Shown: one piece after another, positions 39,801 through 51,800 of the stretch
Layout of the letters: each line of letters begins with the position of its first letter
Numbering within the stretch: the stretch's first letter is position 1
DNA from: Lytechinus pictus
Lineage: Eukaryota
Length of the DNA stretch: 64,000 nucleotides
Direction: 5' to 3'
NCBI RefSeq assembly: GCF_037042905.1
Contig: NC_087257.1
Span: forward strand, 23,064,001-23,128,000
Made by a program: the position numbers and the translations under genes
The notes under the pieces: model-generated
Seen by the model: only the letters and a program-made list of their open reading frames with translations
Told to the model about the DNA's origin: nothing
Databases searched by the model: none

Positions 39801-42800
39801 GTAATATACATCAATGGAATTCTTGTGACCAGTATCATAACTGCGCACATAGAGAATTCACCGAAGAGGAGATCGAGGCAAGAAAATGGTTTGTTCCAGG
39901 ATCCAAGGCGCACACAGCTCTCCAGGAAGTCTTATTCGACACCAGGTTGGTCAAGGACATGAGACACCTAACCCAGGCTTGCCATACAGGGTCCATAGAG
40001 GCTTACCACAACCTGTATCTCAAATATGCTCCCAAGCGTCTCCACTTCAAGTATCCAGCAATGCTTGGGCGTGCCCAGCTTGCTGTTCTGGATCACAACC
40101 ACAACGTGGAAACCAAACAAGCCACTGTCAAGTGCCCAAGGAGAGGTACAGCACCAAAGGGTAGCCCGAGATATCGGTATGTGTTCTCCAAACACACTAA
40201 GGAGTGGATCCGGAAGAAGGTCCCAGAAGACAAGGACTACACTTACCTCTGGGAAGTTATGGTTGCAGTGCTTGAGGTGAAAATGGGCGAATTTCTACCA
40301 GAAGATCCCATCATTCCACATCTTCCAGAGAACATTGCGCCAGTACCTCGTCCTCCTCGTGCTGAAATTGACTCTCGTGCAACGACTAGGTTCACCTCTT
40401 AGGAAGAAGTTAACTACAGGTTGGATGAGAGGTCACCATGTAACTTCTGGTGATTGACCCCCAGCCAGTACCTCGTCCTCCTCGTGCTGAAATTGACTCT
40501 CGTGCAACGACTAGGTTCACCTCTTAGGAAGAAGTTAACTACAGGTTGGATGAGAGGTCACCATGTAACTTCTGGTGATTGACCCCCAGCCAGTACCTTG
40601 TTCTCCTCGTGCTGAAATTGACTCTCGTGCAACGACTAGGTTCACCTCTTAGGAAGATGTTAGCTACAGGTTGGATGAGAGGTCACCATGTAACTTCTGG
40701 TGATTGACCCCCAGCCAGTACCTTGTTCTCCTCGTGCTGAAATTGACTCTCGTGCAACGACTAGCTTCACCTCTTAGGAAGTTGTTAGCTTCAGGTTGGA
40801 TGAGAGGTCACCATGTAACTTCTGGTGATTGACCCCCAGCCAGTACCTTGTTCTCCTCGTGCTGAAATTGACTCTCGTGCAACGACTAGCTTCACCTCTT
40901 AGGAAGATGTTAGCTTCAGGTTGGATGAGAGGTCACCATGTAACTTCTGGTGATTGACCCCCAGCCAGTACCTTGTTCTCCTCGTGCTGAAATTGACTCT
41001 CGTGCAACGACTAGCTTCACCTCTTAGGAAGATGTTAGCTTCAGGTTGGATGAGAGGTCACCATGTAACTTCTGGTGATTGACCCCCAGCCAGTACCTTG
41101 TTCTCCTCGTGCTGAAATTGACTCTCGTGCAACGACTAGCTTCACCTCTTAGGAAGATGTTAATTAGCTTCAGGTTGGATGAGAGGTCACCATGTAACTT
41201 CTGGTGATTGACCCCCAACCACAAACATGGTCTCTTCAATGTCATTTATATGAATACTACAGTTATTGAAATTTATATGTGGACCATTTATGTTTCACTT
41301 GCAGAAAGATACTGATGAGGTACAGATTTATAATACTTGATTTTATCACATTACTTCCAGAATTGACTCTAAAAAGTATATGATTTCTATTCATTGATGT
41401 CATGTATATGAATTCAAGACGAGAACAAGCGTTACTTTACCTTGCAGAAAGGTGACGCGCTTCATATTGGATGAGAGGTCACTACGGTTACATAACTTAT
41501 GGTGAGGGACTCCTTACGAACACATGCAGTATTTTCTCTTTAAATGTTAAGCATAAAAGTTCACGAAGGAGATGCATCCAACGTAGTTGCTGGATAGTTA
41601 CCTATGCAAATTCATTTACGTAAATGGGCCTCATGTGTAAAAATTTCACTGATGTAGCCAACAGGTTGTTGTAAGTGTCAACAAGTCATACATTGTGGGA
41701 TTGAAGATCCAATACATTATTAGACATGAAAGTCATATGTGTTATGGACAAAGTATTTGAGATATTTTTGAGACAGGAAATATACATTATTGTATTTTCA
41801 GTTATTTTGTGTTCCCATTCACTCCTGGTGTTGATCTACTGTATCAGGAAGTAAATTTTTGATGTTCAGATGCCAGAATCACAGAAATAACACTGCCGAA
41901 AGATTTTATTGATGCAGTTTATACTCTGATAATTGTAGGTTGTTAATTGAATTAGTGATGTAATTTATATTCATATTTTATTAGTTTCTATGTAAAAAGG
42001 ACCTCAAAATCCCAAAGTCTTACAACTGGCTATGAATGGATACCAATTTTCAGACGAAAGTAGGAACACTCTCTTACAAAAGAAGGGCCCATTTTTTTGT
42101 AATTTGTCTTTATTTTGATCCTACATGCAAGTAGCATCCTACATGTTCTTTTACATCTGTGGGAGTTGGCAATGCAGTTATTGTATTCCATCTAATATGC
42201 GCAGGCACATTAGGGTACACTACTACAATTGTCAGAGTTCCCAGCCCATCAGGGATTTTATTTTTATTTTTTTCCATTTGGAAAAAATCAGGGAATTTGA
42301 TCAGACCCAAAAGTCGAAAGTACATGTACCTCAAATCAGGGAATATGCCTCAAACGAGGGAAAAATAGGAATTTTGATCAGCCCAAAAGTCGAAATCATG
42401 GTAGTCAGTCCGACTCTGTTATATATCAACATATCAACCTCTTGCTGTATAAGGTGAGAAAATGATGGCTGTATGGGGAGAAAGGAGGCCATAACATGCC
42501 TGTGTAATAGTACCAACTGAATCGTACATTATTGTTTTTATACAGAAATACATGTACATGTATTTCACGGCAACGACATAGAAAACATGCAAACCTGGGA
42601 ATGGGTATAATCAGGGAATTTGTTTTATCGAAAAGCTGTGAACCCTGATTGTAATGTTTGTGAGGTTGGACTCCCACATACATGTAGCTGTGCAGCATTT
42701 ACATGTAGTTACATATATCTCTTCATTGCATGTCAAAATGGTTTTTACCTAAGTTTACTTATGGAAAATAAAGTTTGTCACAAGTTACGTGTAATTTCAA

Positions 42801-45800
42801 CATGTGTTCAATCGATTACAGTGCACTTGAACTTGGTAGTGAAAAGTGTTACATGAATGTAAAGTTTGACAGAAAATAGTTTAGTGTGTTAAAAAAAAAA
42901 ATCAGTCACACCACACACTTGTGTGACTACATTTTGGTCTGAGACTGCCAAATCGAAGCGTTATCTTTCTGTGAATGATATTCTCAAAAAGTGCACCTTA
43001 GAGAATACACAACATGAGATTGGCAATTGTCACTCATGTGATTCTAACAGAATCTATTAGAATATAAACTGTTTTTAAATGTAGAATTTGATACTTTGTA
43101 TTATAATGATTCCTACGGAAATTGCTCAATAATTTGCAAAACAACTGTCTGTTTTTCTGTCAGGCCTTTCCCCATCTCTCTGTTATATTACAACACCTGG
43201 CCACACGTTCGTTTACAAACTTATTTCAGCTTGCTGTTACTCGGTTTTCACACATTTTCCTTATTGATTTGCAAATCTTTTTTCTTGAAATTGTTGCTCC
43301 ATCTGACTAGGCAACTTTGCCTCCGAGTAAGAACCGCCTGTTTAATTTGTACATACATTCAGAAGATTATTTTTTAATATATATAATGGTATTAGTATTT
43401 CTGTTGTCAGCCTCAAGGTACACAGAAGAGTGAACTCATATTACTCTTGGTTATGTATGTAATCTATGTTGACTAGAGATGATATGATGTGCCCTTTTTC
43501 CATGAGAGGACAAAATTTGTCATACTTATGTGTTTTTTATTGGAAATATTCTGTTTTTTATACATTTACTTTGTTTTGATGAAATTACATTTTTTGCTAT
43601 GGTAAAATTAGTTTGACAAGAAGTGATGAATAAATCTGTACTAAAATGTTCTTTTTAGTAGATATGTGAATTGTAAATTTTAGTTGGGACAGCTCCCCCA
43701 TTTAGTTATTGTGCCTGTAATGTTTAGTTTTACAGATTGTCACCAATGCCTTTCCTTATGGCCAGTGATTGAATGATAGAAGGCATCATGCCCAGTCCAA
43801 CTTGTGGGAAGTTGAACTTAGATCATGTGTACTTAAAAAATTCTTTGCTCCTAATTTTCCATGTAGTTGTATGCATAATTACTACAACTTTTTAGAATTT
43901 GTAACACTCTATAATGAACCTGTCAGGGTTTGCTTGAATTCTCATTTAACTGTTTCTCTGCATTTTCTTGTTTTATATGTAAATTACTGTTGAACATGTA
44001 AGGGAGTAACTAATTTTCTCAATGAATCATTTCCGGCTACTTCAACATTCCCAATCTCAAATTTTGTTTTAAAACATTGTGTTTCTCATGCAGTTTAGTT
44101 TTTCCCCCTTTACTGATGAGTGACTGCCACTTTTCCTTCTCCCTATAAAGAATGAATTGTATCTGGGAGGGGGGGGGGTAAATTTAGCTGGAACATGTAT
44201 TCTGTAAGATTAAAGGATGGTGATTGAGGAGTATGTGCATGTATATTCTGTCTTTTTGTGGTTTTGATGGGTTTCCCCCAGTTAATATAATTACTGCACT
44301 GTTTGTGAATTTTACAAAGTAAAAGTTTTTTTCATAGTATTGCTATGTGTTCTGCCTTGTTTGTCCTTTTTTCTGGTGATGGTTTACATTCATTATCACA
44401 TTTTAGTGAGGAATAGTGCATAGAAATATAACCTGAAGCATGTTAAAAAGCAATGAAAATTATAACAGTAATAAAAAAATTATAGACATTAATGATTAAT
44501 TATTGCTGCTAATAGTTATGTTGACAAAAAAATTCAAGCACCAAACTTTTTGATCAGTACTCAAGGAGAGAGGGCCAAAAATAGCTGAAGATGTAAAAGG
44601 GAGAAGAGCAGAGTGAGCGAGAGAAGGTGAGAGTGAGGGAGAGAGATGTAAACTGGCGAAGTTGAGCTCATCTTGTTATGGTAATATGGAAATGTGTACA
44701 AGTTGAAATAAAAGGTCAATTCCACCCAACATCAAGTTTATTCATTCTATTTGGAACAAAGGGGCTACATGAAGAAGGTCCTGAAAGTCTTGCAAAATAC
44801 ATGTACACAAGAAAGATATTTCCAAATTATGATGACATTGTACATGTACAGCAGTTTTGGAGAGCAGTTATAAAATGACATAGTCATAAAAAAATTGGCA
44901 TCAAGAGACTGCGAAAAAGGTTCTCAATGTCACACCCTTAATGTATATGTTTTAATTACCTTCAATTTTATATATATTTATATGCGACTTGTATATGTTG
45001 GGATCAACTTGATGTTGGGGTGGATTTACTTTCGAACTGCACCATTGGAAAAAAAAAATGCTTACAAGGGCTTACCCTGTGACCTGCTTACTCAAATGTT
45101 CGTGTTATCAGTTTACACGTGTCCATGTATGTTGAAATACATATGAAGAGCTTGATTCCAAAAGGGGCTAAATGCACTTTTGACCAAAATTGGTCTTGGG
45201 TAAAAAATTTTACCCAAAGAGTGGGAAGGTTGGTAAAATTTTTTGGTAAAATGTTTTGTTCCAAAAAGAGCTAAATCCAAAACAGTTTTGTTCCATAAGG
45301 AGCTTAATCCTTTACCAGGTCAATTACTTTTCATATAGTCATGCATTTTAATTTTTAGGTACATGATGTGGATACAAGTGCACACCATCAGTGCATATTT
45401 TGTTGAAAATTACAGAATTTTACAATTCTCATATTTTTTTATTTAGCTGCTTTTGGAATAAAAGATCAAAAGGTAGCTGTCTGTAGAAAAGGTTTTTTTT
45501 CTTTTTAAAATTATAAATGGATAAACATCCAAAATGATGTAAAATGTACTCTGATTACGTGTTGCTTGTTAAATTTCCAATGTTGAAATGGACAAAAATG
45601 GGCATTCAACCATTCCAAAAGGAGCTAAATGCATGATTTTCTTTTATTATTAATAGATATTGAATGCTATATTTTTTCAAACATGATTTAATTCATTTGA
45701 GATGACAGCACTATCGTATATATAAATACTGTATATATATGAAGAGTTTAGTTGCAAAGGGGTTAGGTCCACTTTTTCCATTCCAAGAAAAACCATATTT

Positions 45801-48800
45801 TTTATTCTCACTGCAATACTCTGAGAAACTAAATTGTCATGATGTACTACTCTATCATGTGAACATAAAATTGGGTATAAAAAAATCTACCCATCTTCAA
45901 TTTTTTCTATATATTCTTTTAAAAATTATCATTGTGGACCTAACCCCTTTTGCAACTAAACTGAAATGAATCCAATCTATTTTGATTAAATAGGTGATTT
46001 TTCTTTGCCACTTTTATTCACGTTTTTATGTGAATTTCAAATTTTTGTTGTTTTCATCAGAACGACTAAAATTTAGAGGATTTGAGACAGAAAACAATAA
46101 AAATTTATGAACAATGGACCTAACCCTTTTTGACAAATGAGCTCTTTACAGCTCATTTGTCAAAAAGCTTTAGAGCTCATCAGTTTGCAAAAGGGGATAG
46201 GTCCACGCCAAGAAAATTATTTTTTTAATTCTCCCATATTGCAATATTCTTATGCGAAACTAAATTTTCATGATACCCTACCATGAGAAAATAAAATGGG
46301 GTATAAAGAAATCCACCTGTCTTGATATTTTTGTAAACTATTCTTTTCCAAAAAAATTCTGTGTGGTCCTAACCCCTTTTGCAACTAAACTGAAATGGAC
46401 CTAACCCCTTTTGAAAAAAAAGTGATTTTTCGTTGCCATTTTATATCACTTTTTAATGGGAATTTCAACTTTTCTTTGGTATCATCTTATAGAGCTACTA
46501 AAAATCTATACATTGAGAAAAAAAAATCAAATTTGATGAAAAATGGACCTAATCCCTTTTGCAAGTGAGCTCTTCATATATCAAAATAAAATAGCAGTGG
46601 ATCAGGGAAAATGGTGAATTAAAAATCCTTGATTTACAGAATAGCTCCAAAAGTGGATTTAGCTCCTAATGGAATAAAATTCTTCATATCCATGTACACA
46701 AGACTACGTCCTCTTTCTCACACAGGTATGATTGTTACCCAACAGTCTACATAATGCACATCAATATGTTTTGAGTCAAATATGTTTTGAGTCAAGTATT
46801 TTTCAAATTTTATTAACATAAAATGACACACATATATGATAGAAATTGTAACTTTTTTCTACAATAATGATTTTAATATACATGTAAAACAAATTAAAAT
46901 GGCATTTATTTACATGTACAGAAACAACTGAAAATAAATTGGTGATTGATAATCCTAGCCCCATGAGTATGGAACAGTTCACAAGCACTTTACAAAAAAG
47001 GAAAATAAGCAGTTATCTCTGTTTTAGTGACTGTTACTAAATGTCCGATATATTCTAAAAGTGTGTTGTGCACCTTTTCATTCAAAGACTAATGATACAG
47101 TACTTAGTGTGTGCTGCATTTTCTAAACGATACTACAAAATTAAAAAAGAAATTTGATCTTCATTTTTTACCATAAGCATTGTAATAACAGGTTGCCATT
47201 ACAGCAAATCCATTTCAAAACACACATGCATGCATAATGTAGGTCGCATGTATGATGTACATTCTAACTCGAGTGTGTCAATTTAAATTAAAATTGCTTT
47301 ACAAAGTAATACAAGTTAGTGTACCAACATCTATTACAAAATGCAACATTTCATTCCTATTTTAATATATTCCAACTGTACATGTATTTGTCATAACAAT
47401 GGCAGTGCAACCATATATATTTTTTCTGCATAATCATATCTCATCTGAGAAATATGTCGAAAATAAATGTAATTACTTCAAAGAAAAAAAGGAAGGGACA
47501 GAGTGCCTGAACTGCATGTCATTTTATCTGCAAAATAGAATGACTGAGGCAAGGCTGACCACCCACCCACCCATTTCCCTAAAGATGCATTAAAATTTGG
47601 AGAAAAAAAATTATTAACATAAACATATATGAGGGGTGAGCAAGATTTGCAACAAATATGACCAGTCACCACTGAATACTGGTTTAAATGTATATGTATA
47701 TCAAGGTTTTGACAAAGGTGAACAGCCATGCAACATTTAAAACCTCCCAACTGGAGCAATTGACCTTGCATTCAACAACAACAACAAAAAGCTTTATAAA
47801 CATAATTTTTCTCACTAAAATGTGTATGCCAGGAGCCAATGTGAAACAAATAATTTTCACAATGTCTTTTTTTATATGGTTCCAGACAGTCATGTGTAAA
47901 TTGACAATTTTTTCTCTCGTAGAAACAAGACAATGCTATTCTGCACTCAAGTTATGGTAGTTTTCTTGACCTTTAAAAAAATAAAAACTTACATGTACAT
48001 GCAGCCTTCAACAATATAATGTATCCGTTGTTAAAAGTACAACATGTAGACAAATCCAGAGAGAACACCTTACAGGTACATGTAGAGTCAATAATCTTTC
48101 ATAATGCAATGTACATGTACAACCTTTTAATTTTTTTATAAACATTGAACTGCATGCAATGAATGACCTACTCCCATTGTGTTGCCAAAACCTTCTTTGT
48201 CAAATTTGTCATATAAAAACGTAATGCATAAAACAAACATAAGTAAATCTTACATGTACTGCAATACAGAAAACAAATTAAAATGAAAGATTATAAGAAA
48301 GCTAACGTGGGCATCCTCCAGCTTATAATTTGGAAATTCAAACTGTAAATTTGCCCTTCTGTCAAGTTCTGTGTACCGTAAGTTCTTACATGCAAGTACC
48401 AGGTAATTTCTTTCACACAATATGTTTTCATATTACAGAATTTAATGTTCTGTGTATTACGAATCAGACAATGGATTCAAACTTTAAAAACATGTACATG
48501 TATTCTTAAATTACAAAAACTAGACACATGCTCAAACATTATGGTACAGTAGTACATGATGTGAATTCTGCATGTACAATGTATGAACCGCCATTGTCTC
48601 TAAAGCTCTAGATATTCCTGTCTGACCCTAAAATTTTAGAATGAATGCAAGAGTTATATGTACATGTAATTTCATTTTTAATCCTGGAAAGGTGTAAAAT
48701 CACTATTTTGATGTAATTCATTATACAGTATACAAAAATATATATGAAAACTTCAATTACATGTAGACACATTTACAATAAAATGAATAGGCATTTGATA

Positions 48801-51800
48801 CAGCAAAGTAGGAAAATAATGTATGGACATACATTATGGGACATTATACTGTACATGTGTACTGCATACTGAATCTTTTCAACATGCACTCATTATCAGA
48901 GTGAAATCTCATGAGCTAAAAGAATGTTGCTACAAAATGTTTTCAGACTTATATAGCATTTGTTTTGTTCTACATACTAGCATTATGTTCAATGATGTGA
49001 TTTTATTCTTCAAAAAGCTTTAGTTTGTCAGTTTTTAATGCTATTTTCTGAATTACAAAGTGGGAAGAAAAAAATCACTTTCAAAGCTCCCATTTGATTC
49101 CCAACTTCATCCCATGACAGCTTATCACAAAATTGTCTTAATGTACACATATTAACTGAGAGCAAAAGAAGGCAGGAGTTTCATTTGGGATATAAGAAGG
49201 GTCATATAACTGTATGCTGTAGGCTAGCAAAAAGGTTCATATTGCAAAATGTTCTGGTACCATCTGCTGCTCACCATCATCGCCAATACTAAATCCTGTA
49301 TAAACACCGTCCGCTGCTGGGTAGATGGAATGAATTTTCAAGACGGCGCAAGATGGTATCACCTTCCTCACACCCCTTCCCAGAAGACCATGAATCCAAT
49401 AGGTGAAGAGACGATATGCAGAGTATCTGTAGGATCTGGTGGGGAAAGATGTCCAAAATAGAAAAAATTATTAACAAATTGTAGTATTTAAACATTTGTA
49501 AAAATAAAAAAAAATTTCTAAAGTGCATTGATTTTCTACAGCACATGATCTTAAGAGACTTCATCTTGGTGAGTCAGCCCTTGTAATATTTCTTTCATGT
49601 TGGTCATGCGTGTAATGTGATTTTGATTGTTTGATTACGCCTACGGTATTCAATTTTGACCTGGTGTGACTACAGGTGGACTGGACAAATCCCCATCCGG
49701 GCTAGCCAGGCGGCTTCTAGAGAGTAAAAATCATTTATTTCCGACATTTCTGCGCCATCGGGCAAGTCTCTTCTCTCTTGTCATATTTTTCTCATTTTTT
49801 TGATGAATTCTTGTTTAAAAATAAAATCGATGGCGCAGAAAGGTCGGAAATGAAGTTGCATCCCATGTATACCCAGTTGATGTGTGTCCGGACGATCAAT
49901 TTTAGAAAGTCATTTGGAAAAATTTACAAGGCCAAGGGAAGTTTTATCAATTTTTAGTACAAAATGTCAGGAAATATTATAGAGAACAAGAAGATGATTA
50001 CAACTATTGAATTCATATTTTTAGTGTAATCCAAAGACAAAAAAGAAGGCTTCAAAAATATAAAGTGTCCGGACACCCGACCCCCCATCCTACATGATTT
50101 AGGGCTAACGTTAACATTAGATCTTTTAGAAGTAGAAATCTCGGGGGAGAAAGTTTCAGGTTTTGGCGGCCTACATGCACGTGAATGGATAGGAATACCT
50201 GGCTTCATTGGGAGTAATCTTACGTCAGTAAATGATTTTTACTCTCTAACACTAACAGTTAGAGGCCGCCTGGCTAATCCAGACGTCCCCCAATTTCTAC
50301 TGTACTGTACATGTATATGAAAGTCACAAATGATTGAATTGATTGTTGCAATGATTTCTCTGTAGGCCTGTGCACCAAACTATTTGGATTTTGGACATAA
50401 ATGTCAATAAGAATTTTATGCTATCTTACTCATTTTCAAGGATCCTTGGCAAATTGCCTCGGTGACCTCGCTTGTCCAGGCGGGCAACAAGCGCAGTTCT
50501 CAGCACCGCACGCTCCAGGCAAACTTTTGAAAAATCTTCATTATCTATAATACAGTTCACAGACGGAGACAAAAATTGGCGGCAGTTTCCTATCTCGTGG
50601 CAACATATGCACTCTATTTGCGTTGGCATCACTCTACAATTTCCACAACTGCACCAGTTATCGTTGTCCAGTCTATCTGGTGGTGGTGGCGGTGGCTCAA
50701 CATCGGCTCCGTTATTGTCTCTCTCGCTGCTGCAACCCGTGCGCCGACGTTCCTCTGCTCGTTGAGCAATTTCTTCGGCCGAGTATTGCGGCTCGAAGTC
50801 GTAGGGTCTCGGGCCTTCCATTTCACTCAGTACAAACCGTCCGCGATTGCCGCGATAAGTTTAGTTTTATTTAAAATCAAAGGTAACAAATAATGAAAAT
50901 GTTAGATAAACAGAAATAAAGCACGATAGTCAATCAGTCAAAACTTCCAACACGATAACTCGGTTCAGCCTTCCGTACGCGGTGTTTGCAGCTAGCTAGC
51001 TAGCTAGCTAGCGGTAAGCTTTGTCAAATTGGCCAATTTGAATATCGTAAATAAATGTGTAAAAAAAACTCATCAAAGCTCATCAATTTGTGTTTTTATA
51101 CCATAAAATAATTAAAATACCTTATTTATAATATTTTTAAGAGTATTAGATCTATATTTTATTTATTTTTGGTAGAAAGGTATCTATATTATGCAAACAT
51201 CGTGGCGGTTTCAACCCGTATAGCTATGCACATTGAAAGTGCTACCGAGACAGTTGTACGTCGATGACGTCACGAATTTGAACGAACCCCGAAACAATGG
51301 CGACCTCCATTCAGAGACTTCGAACCTGAAAAAGCCCAACTTTGAAGAGGTGGTACTCGATACTGGGAAATCGGATTTGGGTATAACTGGAATCATTTTG
51401 ATTGTCATGTTCTTATCAATGATACTATGTGGTATTATATTTTGGGTTTACGTCACCTTTAGGTATATAGACTTGCCCTTCTAAAAATGGTTACACTTCG
51501 TAATTCCGAAGGTTCTTTATTCCGAAGGTTCGTAATTCCGAAACACGTAAATTGCCTATACCTCGATGTTCGTTAATCCGAAAACGTAAAAGGATTCGTT
51601 AATCCGAACATTTGTGGCGTTATTCCGAAGGTTCGCTATTCCGAAGGTTCGATAATCCGAAAACGAAATAAGGTTCGATGTTCCGAAGGTTCGTTAATCC
51701 GAAAACGAAATAAGGTTCGTTGTTCCGAAGGTTCGTTAGTCCGAAAACGAAATAAGGTTAGTTAATCATTTAGTTTTCGGACTAACGAACCTTCGGAATT

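Larger units (their letters stand above)
30482..51458. mobile_element. About 21-kb two-gene TIR DNA transposon, Kolobok-like, inserted in GALNT coding intron 3
   Basis: 35-bp perfect inverted repeat AAACCCAAAATATAATACCACATAGTATCATTGAT (30492-30526 vs 51415-51449). Termini AGG...CCT. Additional mirrored subterminal motifs. Encloses a THAP-DDE transposase gene (+) and a P2RX7_C-like gene (-). The flanks (CCAA left, TTAG right) are only partial matches to the TTAA target, so no clean TSD is visible. Confidence 0.85.

Noticed and set aside
40340-41218. CRISPR-like array
   Set aside because: Units are near-identical along their full 125 bp with no unique spacers. The context is eukaryotic and there are no cas genes.
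41250-49230. A third cargo gene inside the large element
   Set aside because: Only short, compositionally random ORFs and MITE fragments were found, with no consistent exon chain. Probably UTR or spacer, although small exons could have been missed.
49237-50821. P2X7 receptor gene
   Set aside because: Only the C-terminal ballast-like domain is present, with its own ATG. No channel exons are found nearby.
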